In this document: positions 38,501 through 49,467 of the stretch, in pieces | Position numbering within the stretch: position 1 is the stretch's first letter | How the letters are laid out: the number at the start of each line of letters is the position of its first letter | DNA from: Patellaria atrata CBS 101060 | Lineage: Eukaryota | Direction of reading: 5' to 3' | Assembly (NCBI GenBank): GCA_010093705.1 | Contig: MU006106.1 | Span: forward strand, 337,086 to 401,085 | DNA: 64,000 nucleotides | Notes under the pieces: generated by a model | Databases searched by the model: none | Seen by the model: the letters and a program-made list of their open reading frames with translations, nothing else | What the model was told of the DNA's origin: nothing | Made by a program: the position numbers and the translations under genes

Positions 38501-39792
38501 TCACTCCCACTCGACACTCCAAGTCCCCTGNNNNNNNNNNNNNNNNNNNNNNNNNNNNNNNNNNNNNNNNNNNNNNNNNNNNNNNNNNNNNNNNNNNNNN
38601 NNNNNNNNNNNNNNNNNNNNNNNNNNNNNNNNNNNNNNNNNNNNNNNNNNNNNNNNNNNNNNNNNNNNNNNNNNNNNNNNCCTCCTCACCTCCTCCTCCC
38701 CAACTACACCCCTCTCACACGCCTCCCCCAGCGCATCCAGCACAAGCGGGACAACATACGGCTGGGTAAATACCCCCGCAGCGACCCTCCTCGCCGTCTT
38801 CGCAACAAGCGGATGCGGCGCGGAATCGCTGCCCAGAAAAAACTTAGGGGACCCGGACACAGCGGTGCGGAGCAGGGCGTCTCTATCCCTGGGGGTCTTT
38901 GCGACAGGTTTGCAGAAACAGATAGAATCGGCGGCCCAGTCGTCCACGACGAGGCTCAAATGATGCGGTGTCACGGTGCCCGCTACAGTTGGGCCGCACT
39001 CGCGCACCGCGGCGACGGCGGCGGCGGTGGAGCAGTGCTCCAGCACGATCCTCAGCCGCGGGAAGGTGGCGTGCAAGAGGTGCAGCGTCGGCAGGAACTT
39101 TTCCTCCGCGTTTAGGACCGTGATGGCGCCGCCGGAGGGACATTCGCCGTGCAGGTTCAGCACGAGGCCTTGGCGTTCCATTTCTGCGAAGACGGGGAAG
39201 AAGGAGGTGTAGTCTGTCACGCCGGCGGAAGATTGGGTTGTCACGTTTGCGGGGTAGGATTTTATTCCTACGATGCCGGCGGCGGCGGCGGCGATGATGG
39301 TGGAGGGGGTTGTGGTGGCGTGCAGGAAGAGGGTCATTAGGAATGTTATGTCGGGGGCGAGGGATTGGAGGCGGACGCGGTAGGCGAGGGCTTGTTCGAC
39401 TGTGGTGATTGGGGGGTTGAGGTTGGGCTGTTGGGTTTAGGGTATGAGTATGGTTTGATGAATAGGGGGGGTTATGGTATGGGAAAGGGAAGAGATAGGG
39501 GGGTTACCATGACGTAGACGGTGTTTACACCTCCTTTGCCTTTATGGTTTGTTAGTATGGATCTTTGGTATCATCTGCTTTTCTTGTTTCTTTTTTGTTC
39601 TTATTTTCTATTTCTTTTGGTGAGAGAGGGCTCTTACGGATGGTTGGTGTGACGAGCTCCATCATTGCTCTATCCCTGAGATGAACTGTAGGAGTACATT
39701 AACATTGTGCTCATTCTATTTGAAGCTAGCTTCATACCATGAAAGTCTGCGGGAGCCGCGATTCTGGCTCCTTCGAGATGCTCTAACACCAT
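38501..39792 (-). CDS. URA4: Dihydroorotase (homodimeric type); 4 or more exons, with a gap in the last exon
   Basis: DFHVHLR, VYVMPNL, KSYPANVTT, LNLHGE, IVLEHCST, FCKPVAK, FFLGSDSAPH, AAGVFT. Confidence 0.93.
38531..38680. other. Assembly gap (N run)
   Basis: Run of n characters within the 3' part of URA4. Confidence 1.
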
Positions 39793-40420
39793 ACTGTGAG
39801 GTGTCTATTCTGTTCCGTATGCACGCAACTTCAAACAATTTGGGTGAGGCTTTTCGAAAGACTGGAGTTTCTAACCCGTATATGTAAATCCTTAATTATA
39901 TTAGCCAATTAAGTTCTTTTAATAGTGTTATAGTTGGGCTGGAAGGATTGAGGTTTGATTTTGCAGATAGCTGGAAGCTCTAAGCGACATCGCAACATCT
40001 GTTTGGTCCAACCCCTTTAGTTCTACACCCGATAAAAGGTCAAGGGATATCGTTTGAATATAAGAGGTAATGTATCAAGACGATTGAATTGCATGGTTGG
40101 GATTCTACGTATACAATGACTTGTAGTGATTCATAGAAAAGATATAATTCTATAGGATATACCCAAATATTCCGCTAACTGTTACACTAATCGTACAGGA
40201 TATGACATAGAGGTACGGTATAAAGGAGTAACAGAAAACAGTTAAAAGCCGCATACTGGTCCAAAAAGTATAGAAGACTGTTCTAACCCAAACCTTTTGC
40301 GAATATTGCGCCGACCGATGCAGTGAGAGTAGAATGCAATGCGCCCGATACCCTATACACCAAACACTTCTAATCAAAAGCGTAAAACCCTTTTTTAAGG
40401 TGCAGCAAAGGTAGTGACCT

Positions 40421-41866
40421 CTACTCGTGCTGTGAGCGAGATTCTCTCCTTTCATTCATGCCACCCGCCATCTTTTTCCCTATCTCATAACTGCTGATCA
40501 TGATTGCGCAGGCGGGTGCAACTTTTAAGCATCTGGCTGCCCATCCCTTAAACAAACCAGACATGCCCTCTTCTTTCAAGATATGCCATAAGAATCGTGG
40601 CATTGCGAGATCTTCAGGTCGAAAAAAGTTTGCATTGGATACTTGCTGACTTGAATGCTTAGCGATCTGCTGACGTGTCTTGCCCACATCAAATGGAGTT
40701 GTGACGAGCGCTGCTACCGCTCCTGATGCTGCTCCCGCAATAAAAGAATCGACGAGGGTAGCGGTGGTATTTTCTTTTTCTCTACTTCTTGATCGGGACC
40801 TCCGGTCATCTCGCACACTAACACTGTCACGCCTGCCCCTTGATCTTTCCCGTACATCGGTGAGGACGTCCCGTCCACTTTCATATCCCCACCAGTAGAT
40901 AGCGGAGAACGGAACATCTCTCCATAAGGTAAGATTCAAGCCTCGCCAAAGACTTCTATAACCTTCAACTCCTACCATTTCCCTCAAACCATGTAATGTC
41001 TCTCTGAAGTGACCGGTCGGTCCGCTTGCGTGGTGGGCTGCTTGCATCCGGGTCCTGAACATCTCGATTGGCGAAACAGCTATGGCTGCGAGAATCCTAG
41101 CAAAAGATCCGGCAACAAGAGGTGCATATGCGTCATGGATTTTGAAAACTCCATGTGTGAGAGGGGAGGTCCGAGAAGTTCTCAACCAGTCGTATCCCGC
41201 GAAGTAAATGACATTTGCAGGAATAGCCATGACCAGGGTGGGAGATAAACCTCGCCACAATGTTCGCGGTCCTTCATTGCGCGCTATCTTACGGAGGCCG
41301 TCAAACGTGCTTGTGAAATTTTTCCTTTGCACTTCCTCTGCAGCACATGCGTCCAGAGCAGCAGTGGAAGAAGGTATTGAGGGAGAGGCAACACAGTATG
41401 GAGCATTATTATTGACCCAAAACACTTCGCGACAACATGCGGATATACCAAGATTGGGTGGGAGATTCGAGAATGATGAAACACCAGCAAGGTTGGTCGG
41501 TGATGGACGATGGGAGGGAGTAGATTGCGATTGTAGACGGACACGGACAACATCGAGCGGTGTAACTGTAAATATAGTTGTAAGACTTTGACTGTACCGC
41601 ACCTCGAGGAAATATAATTGAAGAGAGCAGGAGTATGTACCTAGTAAAGAAGTGAGGACACTCCCGGTAACTGCAGACAGCATCTTTTGTGTCATAGAGA
41701 TAGCCAGACCTGGATCTGTCTCATCGTCATCGCTTGGAGCCATCGTGGGTCCTATCTGATCGCGAGTGTGGTGTATCCTGTCGTGTCGTTGGCCACCGAG
41801 TTCTCCTCTTCTACCTTGCGGCAACTCGGGGTCTTCCGAGTCTTTCTCAAGAGAGGCGAATGGCAT
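40421..41866 (-). CDS. MTM1: Mitochondrial carrier Mtm1 (SLC25A39/40 family); in-frame intron 41640-41566
   Basis: Three PxD/ExxK/RxR signatures (TPLDVVRVRLQ, SPIEMFRTRMQ, TPFDVGKTRQQ), LWRDVPFSAIYW, KVAPACAIMISSYE. Confidence 0.92.
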   Translation of the reverse strand: MPFASLEKDSEDPELPQGRRGELGGQRHDRIHHTRDQIGPTMAPSDDDETDPGLAISMTQKMLSAVTGSVLTSLLGTYSCSLQLYFLEVRYSQSLTTIFTVTPLDVVRVRLQSQSTPSHRPSPTNLAGVSSFSNLPPNLGISACCREVFWVNNNAPYCVASPSIPSSTAALDACAAEEVQRKNFTSTFDGLRKIARNEGPRTLWRGLSPTLVMAIPANVIYFAGYDWLRTSRTSPLTHGVFKIHDAYAPLVAGSFARILAAIAVSPIEMFRTRMQAAHHASGPTGHFRETLHGLREMVGVEGYRSLWRGLNLTLWRDVPFSAIYWWGYESGRDVLTDVRERSRGRRDSVSVRDDRRSRSRSREKENTTATLVDSFIAGAASGAVAALVTTPFDVGKTRQQIAKHSSQQVSNANFFRPEDLAMPRFLWHILKEEGMSGLFKGWAARCLKVAPACAIMISSYEIGKKMAGGMNERRESRSQHE

Positions 41867-43529
41867 ATTGAGAGGTCCCCTCGCGCCGATTGATACAGGT
41901 TTTTATTTAAGGGAGTAATTGTCACCGTTCACGGTGCATTTTTGATGAGATGTGGAAAAGATAAGGGAGTGGTGACGGTAGTGATGGGCACATTCTATTT
42001 AGTGACGGAAGCTTCCACAGGCTCTAAACTTTTGTTCTTTGCGGAAATCGGGCGCGGTTCGGAGCTCTTCGGAGGTGACGTTACCGCCACAGCCGCCAAC
42101 TCTCGGTTAGACCCGGAGCAATCTAATCAGATTTAATCACTTTCTACCTAAGGAGAAAGAGAAATCTATTTCACTCTGGTTCTCAACAACGGAATAACCC
42201 TCATCATCTTCTACCCAGATCATCAAATCCAGCATCTTTGTATATTCATATATCTTTCGACGGCCAGACATTGATGGTGAGCGTACAGTGAGTGTATGGT
42301 GCTAGTATGGCTCGATAGTGCTGGCGACTGTTTGCCTACTTCCAGATACACCGCGACACATCCATTACTTAAGAGGTCTCGGAAGCCAATTTCTTTCATA
42401 CATACTCCGAATTGTTTCGTTAATTTATGAGGGGAGTTTGAGGTGCGAAGAGGTGAGGAGGCGCTACAGTGTCAAGCCACTATACGAAATTTTATATACG
42501 AAGTTTTTGACTGAGCGAGCATGAATTTTGCCATTTTTCAAATTGGACGGACGCGCATTATAAGCCATACAGTACCGTACAAAATCTTCTACCATCCGCC
42601 TCGCCCATTCAAAAGTGAATGACTGTAGCCGTACGGCAAAAAGCCCATTTATAGGCTGTAGCCTAAAGAGCCGATCAAAAACTGTACTGATATGTTGACG
42701 TACAGCCAGACCTAAACCCGTGCATGAATTGGGCAAGGCAGTCTGTACACCAACATGTAAGTCGGGCAGCCCTTTGTTTCTGCTGCGTCCGACGAAATCT
42801 GTGCTCGTGGAACAATTCCTTTTTGAGCCTTCTGCATAGAGCTCTAACAGTCGAGCGAATCAAATTGTGTAGAAGACCTATTTATCCACCCACTCAGAGA
42901 TCAAAGTATTCCATATCAAACACCTCATACTTCATGGTACCCGAAAAGACGTCCAGATACCTCCCTATTACAACTCGGACATACCAGATGCAAGTCATAT
43001 TGCATTCGAAGTAAGAAACAGAAGAGAATTACTTGAGTAGGGGCGTCTTGGTCTATATAAGCTAATGAAAAGCTGTTGGTATGAGCATCAAGGGGACTTA
43101 CTCTGGAATAACATGTTATCATGGAGAGCTGATACTGTTCTCGAGATTTTGTGACACTGTACAGTACCTCTTAATGATGCCGTTATTTTTGTCTCTTCGA
43201 AATATTCCTGAGAATAATACTATTGAAGATATGGACTCATGAGAGAGCTACACTATAACGGTCAAAGAAAAAAGACGGTAAGTATGTTTCGACTCCTTTT
43301 CAGCAGCGACTTGTCTATCTATATACGCTCTTTTCACCCTTTTAAGTTATCCGTGGTTCTGGTCAAACCAATCAAAAGGCTACCCGTGAGAACTCCTGGA
43401 CCACATCTCGAACTCTATTAAAGCATTGTCCCAAACAAACTCTAGCGCACACGCGCTTGGTAATAGATATATCAGCTTGGTAAAGCCGACTTCCAGAGGA
43501 ATCCGGGGGTCCGACATATATGATAGTGG

Positions 43530-44260
43530 ATAGGATATGATAGTAGCACCTCCTGGTACAAATTCAATCGAGATCTCGTTAAACTTTCAAAGCAGCTATC
43601 CGAAAGGAATTTCGTCACATAGATGCAGCAGATTCCTACAGCACTGAGGAGGAAGTAAGCATTGATATAAAGAAATCCGGAATTGCGAGAGAAGAGCTCT
43701 TCATCATTACCAAAGTACTTAATGAGTTGATAACGTTCCGACTGCATTTGAGCAGAGCTTCAAGAAACTTCAAGTGAAATATGTGGACCTGTGAGTGATA
43801 TGTTAGTCCAAACCGTCTCACTAGGTGCTACTAACATTGCTATACCTCAGTTATCTGGGCCATCCTCCCTATGCCCCCAAGGCACCTGCAGATCTGCAGA
43901 GCGATTGGTTGGAGATGGAAAAGCTCAAGAAAGCCGGAAACGCAAAGTCAATCCGCGTTTCTAACCATTTAAGGGAGCATTTGGAGACCATTCTCGAAGT
44001 GGTCACGATAAAACCCGCAATGAACTAGATCCATTTCCATCCATACCTTCAACGTGCGAATCGCTCCTTGCCTTGAATAAGAGTATGGCATCGAGGTAGC
44101 CAGTTTCAGCGGTGTGACACCCATAACCACAGCTAAAGGCAGCCTACTATATGAGCCCTTGTCCAATATCGCGGTGAAGCGCGGAGCCACGGAGGCTGCG
44201 GTATGGATAAAGTGTCAACTTCAGCAAAATGTGTTTCAGTCGTTAATATGGAACTCCCAC
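43530..44260 (+). pseudogene. Aldo-keto reductase pseudogene
   Basis: Fragments FRHIDAADSYSTEEEV, SGIAREELFIITKV, KLQVKYVDL/YLGH, KAGNAKSIRVSNH, KPAMN*IHFHPYLQ; frameshifts near 43595 and 43730 and an in-frame TAG at 44026-44028. Confidence 0.85.
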
Positions 44261-44554
44261 CAGAAGGGAACCAAGAGATCACGGCGGTTGGATTAACCTG
44301 TCATTTCAGAGCCCAGGATGATCGATCCTGAGAGGGCATCTCTTCCAGCAGGAAATGTCACAGCTATCTGCTAGCATTCTGAGGTTAGTTTACTTTATGA
44401 TTATTCTCGAGAGACTGCGATCGGACTTGAATACGTAAGGTACCTTCTGTAAAGAAACACGGGCTCACTCCAGCTCAGTCTTTTAATCTCCCGTTTCCCT
44501 ACTCGATGCCCCTCCATATGTTACTCTTTTGTGAGATGACCCGGAAATCCGAAC

Positions 44555-44751
44555 AGGCATTTAGTCTAGTGGTACGATCAATGCCTAATGCTGCTCCTGG
44601 TTTGCCTTCTGGGTCGATTCCCAGATGTGCCGGGTTGGAAGTTTCCTACTCCTGACCACAAAGCCCCACATACTCCCTCAGGGACCTGACGGTAGCGCTG
44701 TTAAGCAAGTATACCGTCACTGGACTGTCTGTTATTTTTTTTCGTTTTTTT
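44555..44751 (+). ncRNA. tRNA-derived (Pro/Gly-like D arm) Pol III element with a 3' hairpin extension and oligo-T tract; SINE-like or ncRNA
   Basis: A box TAGTCTAGTGG 44562-44572; T arm CTGGG-TCGATT-CCCAG 44609-44624; GGCA/TGCC acceptor remnant; hairpin TGACGGTA/TACCGTCA; T8 at 44735-44742. Confidence 0.55.
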
Positions 44752-45223
44752 ATTTCCCATCCTTAGTAAGGTATAGTACTCATGCCTACTAGTACACCAA
44801 GTACTTATCGTGTAGTCCTACCTTATCCTTATCCGAGTTACAATCTTGATGGGAGAGGTACTACCTACGGACGGGAAGATATCTTGAGGTTTAGCAAGGA
44901 AGGAACTACTATAGGGTTGGTAGTGAGATTCCACTTTGGTAGTTTTATACTAGCTTTATGGTTAATCTCCGGATCCCGTAGGCCAATCTAATCTGATCTT
45001 ATCCTCGATAATCTTGCATCGGTGATCTTACTTTACTCAATCCGACACACCGCGGACAAACTAAGACTGTACACATCGTCCTGTACAGTCATAACTCTAG
45101 ATTTCAGGATTGTATATAAACACCTGTATCTACATTAAAACCTTTATCATAGAACGACTGAAGATCTCCGGAAATACTAACCTATAGAATAATACTCTCC
45201 CTCAAGTATCTCAAAAACACACA

Positions 45224-46777
45224 ATGGAACAACGACAACAACAGACGGAAGCAGAACTTGAGCAATTCAGAGCCCAATGGCGAAAAGAAGTCGAGGCTCG
45301 CTCCAAGGGAAAGCAATCCGCATCTCAAACCACCAAAGAACCCGAAGCAGGGCCCTCAAATCCCAAAACCCCAAAGCCGCAGAAGAACACCCCAGCGCCA
45401 CTCACCTCCGCCACCGTACCCGGGGGACCCCATGACAGAGAAAGAGATGAACTCGAAGGTCGCGTCTATCAAGACCTAGAACCCGGAGATCGAGGACGTC
45501 GTCTCGATGACACCGGCCCCTCGAACCCAAAGGAGCCCGGCTCCGCCCTCGAGCACTACGAAGCCGCCGTGGAGCGCGAGCGCGAAGGCAATCTCGGAGA
45601 CAGCGTCCGACTCTACCGGCGCGCCTTCAAGATCGACGCCGACGTCCACGAAGCATACAAGAGCAAGCAATTCCCAACCGCGCTGTACAAGCCACCTATG
45701 CCGAATCCCAACCCGTCCAACGCCCCCGTCACGGTGCCGAATCCAGCACACCACTCCCCAGACGGGCTCTCTGGTCTCCTCGCTTCCTTCGCGCAGCTGA
45801 GCATACCGCCCGAGCCAGCGCCGACCGAACTCTCGGCCCCGTTTCCTTGTCCCATCTCCACGCTCCCGGAGGAGCTCCTAGTCGAGATCCTGCTGCAGGT
45901 GGCTCTCGACGATGTTGGGGTCTTCGCGCGCCTCTCCCGCGTCTGTCGCCGCCTGGCCTACCTCGTCGCGACCGAAGACCGGATCTGGAAGCGGCTCTGC
46001 CTTGGCGTCGAAGTCGGGTTCGCAGGCATGCACTACGACTTCGTGGTGGACACCAAAGGGGAACCCCTGGACCTCTCAACACCCCTCACATCACCAGACG
46101 ACACCTTGCTCCCTCCCCCCTCATCCCTCGAAGCCCGTCTCGCAACCACGGCCCAGACGACCCCAAAGCTGATCCCACGCCCCTACCCATCCTACGCCCA
46201 TCTCCTCCGTGCCCGCCCCCGCATCCGCTTCTCCGGCGTCTACATAAGCACCGTGAACTACATCCGCCCTGGCGCTGCTTCCGCGAGCCAATACACGTGG
46301 AACTCTTCGCCCGTGCTCATCGTGACCTATTACCGATACCTACGCTTCTTCCGCGACGGTTCCGTAATCTCTCTGCTCACGACCGCCGAGCCCGCCGACG
46401 TCGTCACCCATCTGTGGAAGGAGAACATGCCCCTGAACGAGGACGAGGGGGGGAAGAAGCGGGAGCGCACGGACCGCCCATCCGCGCTGCCGAACGCGCA
46501 GGTCATGAAAGAGGCGCTGCCGGGACGGTGGCGGCTTGAGGGTCCGGGGGAGGGGGAGGGCATGTTGCATGTGGAGACGGAAGGCGTGGTGCCGAAGTAT
46601 ATGTATAAGATGGTGTTTGGGCTCGCGACGGCGGGAAGGGGGAGCAGGAATAATAAGCTCGCGTGGAAGGGGTATTGGAGCTATAATCGGTTGACGGATG
46701 ATTGGGCGGAGTTTGGGTTAAAGAATGATAAGGGGTTTTATTTCTCGAGGGTTAGGAGTTATGGGAAGGGGGTTTAG
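45224..46777 (+). CDS. HRT3: F-box protein Hrt3/Pof7 (FBXO9 family)
   Basis: ELEQFRAQWRKEV, ALEHYEAAVEREREGNLGDSVRLYRRAFK, F-box LPEELLVEIL, RPRIRFSGVYISTVNYIRPG, VTYYRYLRFFRDG. Confidence 0.92.
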   Translation: MEQRQQQTEAELEQFRAQWRKEVEARSKGKQSASQTTKEPEAGPSNPKTPKPQKNTPAPLTSATVPGGPHDRERDELEGRVYQDLEPGDRGRRLDDTGPSNPKEPGSALEHYEAAVEREREGNLGDSVRLYRRAFKIDADVHEAYKSKQFPTALYKPPMPNPNPSNAPVTVPNPAHHSPDGLSGLLASFAQLSIPPEPAPTELSAPFPCPISTLPEELLVEILLQVALDDVGVFARLSRVCRRLAYLVATEDRIWKRLCLGVEVGFAGMHYDFVVDTKGEPLDLSTPLTSPDDTLLPPPSSLEARLATTAQTTPKLIPRPYPSYAHLLRARPRIRFSGVYISTVNYIRPGAASASQYTWNSSPVLIVTYYRYLRFFRDGSVISLLTTAEPADVVTHLWKENMPLNEDEGGKKRERTDRPSALPNAQVMKEALPGRWRLEGPGEGEGMLHVETEGVVPKYMYKMVFGLATAGRGSRNNKLAWKGYWSYNRLTDDWAEFGLKNDKGFYFSRVRSYGKGV

Positions 46778-47142
46778 GTGGCGGGGGTGGTGGGAGTGTA
46801 AGTTAGGAATATAAGGTAGATGGAGATGGTGGATGAACACTATATTTTAAGACTCGACCACCAGCGACGTCGATACGTTAATAATAAAGCCCTACCTTGA
46901 AACATGAAATACAGATAAATTACCAGAAATACCAGATGAAATAGTACAAAGTCCACTATTAACAGCTACCCAAACTCCCATAACCATAAATACAATCCCT
47001 CACCTTCGTTCCTCGAACTACAGCAAGACAGCACCGATTATCCCTTTCCATAAACTATAGTAGTATCTTAGGTAATCAAGGTATACCACATCCCATGAAC
47101 CCTCCATAGACCTCATAGACACCCCCAACCCTTCCTTCTCCC

Positions 47143-47238
47143 ATCGAACCCGATCCCCTGTGGCTGAGTAGGCAGGTACCTCGTCTACCTGCAGTGCCGT
47201 CACTCCTGACTTATCAAAGTCACTCGGGTTCGATTTTT
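47143..47238 (+). other. Compact multi-stem inverted-repeat element with A-box-like and B-box-like motifs
   Basis: Perfect 11-bp IR ATCGAACCCGA (47143-47153)/TCGGGTTCGAT (47224-47234) enclosing GCAGGTA/TACCTGC and TGACTT/AAGTCA hairpins, followed by T5. Confidence 0.55.
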
Positions 47239-47978
47239 GCCTGCGTCAGATTCTTTTATTTAAAAAAAAAAAAAAATTTTCCTAAGTATCTAGCCTATCT
47301 ATTATCCCTTTTCTTTTTATTCCTTTTAGGGTTGGTTATAGGACCGGGTAGCTAAATTGATGAGTGCTTTGTGATTACAGGTCGGATTCTTTATGAGTGG
47401 TTGCTGTAGAAACCCGCTTTTGGGGCAAAGTTCGTTTACCTGTTCTTTTTGCCTTTTTCTCTTTGGGGCGCGAATCATGGGGAGCTGATGGGTCTGATAG
47501 ATGGGACTTCGGGTTGATGGTACGGAACGGTTCTCTTAACTTTCTGGTTCAGATCGATATTTATCTCGTTTACCTGAAGATTTGAAGACTGGAGACTGAA
47601 GGGTGAGACGCCCTCTCCACAACTTTTGAATGAGGTCGGTTGTAGGATACCTGATATTCATTTTTTTTTTTAATTTTAGGGGGTTTCGAACTTATCGTTC
47701 GAGATCTAGGGCTAATGCTTTACATCCTATCCCAGAGTCTATCAACTCCTATATCCCTGAATTACCGTAGAGGTCAAGAGCATGTCTAAACACCCTGTGA
47801 GATGATATGAGAAAGTCCCATCCAATACTCAACTGAAATGCTCGCTGGAGGTTAGGAAAGAGCTCCACCGTGCCAACCAACAACCCATCAAACAGCCAAA
47901 CCAAACCGACGCTTTCACATTGCGGTTGATAAACCCCTCCCAACTCTATACTAAAGCATGGAACAAGCAGATGCGGAT

Positions 47979-49105
47979 CTAGAGGCCCGCCTCCTCAGGA
48001 TCGACGTTCAAATCCCAGTCAATCTCCCCATCGTCACCATACCTCGTCTTCAAGAACTCATTGGCCTTCTTAAAATGACCACACTCAAACTAAACCCAGA
48101 AAGTCAGCACTTGTATCACGCCACCGTCCACTCCACCTCGACAGAAGAGGAAAAAGGAATGACTCACAAATCCCCTCGCCGCGCTCAACGGACTGGGATG
48201 CACGCTCTTCAGCACCAGATGCTTCTGTCCGTTGATCGCCTTACATCGGGCCTGCGCCGAAGCGCCCCAGGCGAGGAACACGATGCCGTTCGTGCGCACC
48301 TTCGCCACCGTATCGATGACCTTCTGTGTGAAGCGCTCCCAGCCCTTGCCGGAGTGGCTGTTAGCCTCGTGCGCCCTGACCGTCAAGCAGGCGTTGAGCA
48401 GGAGGACACCGCGGTCGGCCCAGGGAGTTAGGAGGCCGCCCTGTTTCGGGGGCGCCTTGAAGCTGGGGTACTCGATTGCGAGTTCCTTGTAGATGTTTAC
48501 GAGGGAGGGAGGGGCTGGAGTGGGGGGTCGCACACTGAAGCAGAGGCCGTGCGCTTGGTTGTAGTTGTGGTAGGGATCTTGGCCGAGGATTACGGCTTTG
48601 ACGGTGTTGAGGGGGGTATGGCGGGGCCTGTGGGGGGGGGGGGGGTATGAGTCAATGATCGCAAAGGGAGGGTTGCAGGTTAGGGGATGTTCGTGGTGCA
48701 GATTGGACGGAGATAATGAGATGGGGTAGGCTGCAGAAGGACCGTGTGGGAAAATTACCATGAATACACATCCTGTTGCGGTGGAAAAATCGTCTTCCCA
48801 CTATCAATCTCCTTCTTGATGAATCTCTTTAGGTCCAGAAACTCCTTCGAGACTAAGTCCGCTTTCAAATGAATAAGCCAACTCTCATGCAGCGTGTCGA
48901 TCTCTAACTTCAGCAACTCTTTCTGCTCGTCAGTGAGCGTCTTCACCCATGCTTCCTTGTTGAACTTGGGGGTTGATGAAGATCTGGATGCTGCTGCACC
49001 GGGAGTTGGTTTCGGTACGGTGAAGAATGACCTGATGCTGGCGTTCGTCTTTGGCTTCTTCGAGTCGGAGGCGGCAAGCTCGGCCGCTGTGCGTTTGAGG
49101 GACAT
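47979..49105 (-). CDS. UNG1: Uracil-DNA glycosylase; 3 exons
   Basis: VILGQDPYH, QAHGLCFSV, PPSLVNIY, GVLLLN, HPSPLS, CGHFKKANE. Confidence 0.96.
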
Positions 49106-49440
49106 GTTGGGGACTGCTCTACAATGGAGAATCGGAGCTGAGTAGGCAGCAAAGTGATATTCGCAATTATGCTTGTAATGTTTGAGGCAAATAATGGAGA
49201 TTTTGGTGGGTTACACAGAGCAATTGAAAAAGATAGAAGAGGAGACTTGCATATACTGAGGAGTAGGAAGAAGATTGTGAAAAAGTATCTTTCTGACCGC
49301 CAATTGCAGACAAACTGAAGCCTAAGAAAATATTAAATGGCTGGTGTTCAGGGGGGAGGATAGGGCTCAGATAGGTCTAATCAACGTGATGGAGGCTGCA
49401 GTTCCGCTTCACGAAGGATGATCGTCATGAGTCGTGACCT

Positions 49441-49467
49441 CGCGACCGCGTTCCTAGCGCGACGCGG
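49441..49467. promoter_or_regulatory. Cluster of MCB-like (CGCG/ACGCG) elements in the UNG1/con-10 divergent intergenic region
   Basis: Four CGCG cores within 27 bp, about 340 bp upstream of UNG1, a gene class typically expressed at G1/S. Confidence 0.4.

Noticed and set aside
41566..41640. 25-aa insertion in Mtm1 as shown in the ORF track
   Set aside because: Better explained as a stop-free 75-nt GT-AG intron; removing it restores LLVTPLDVV.
47330..47500. U3/C-D box snoRNA-like motifs (TGATGA ~47358, GTCTGA ~47493)
   Set aside because: No convincing terminal stem, box A or internal box C; such short motifs are expected by chance.
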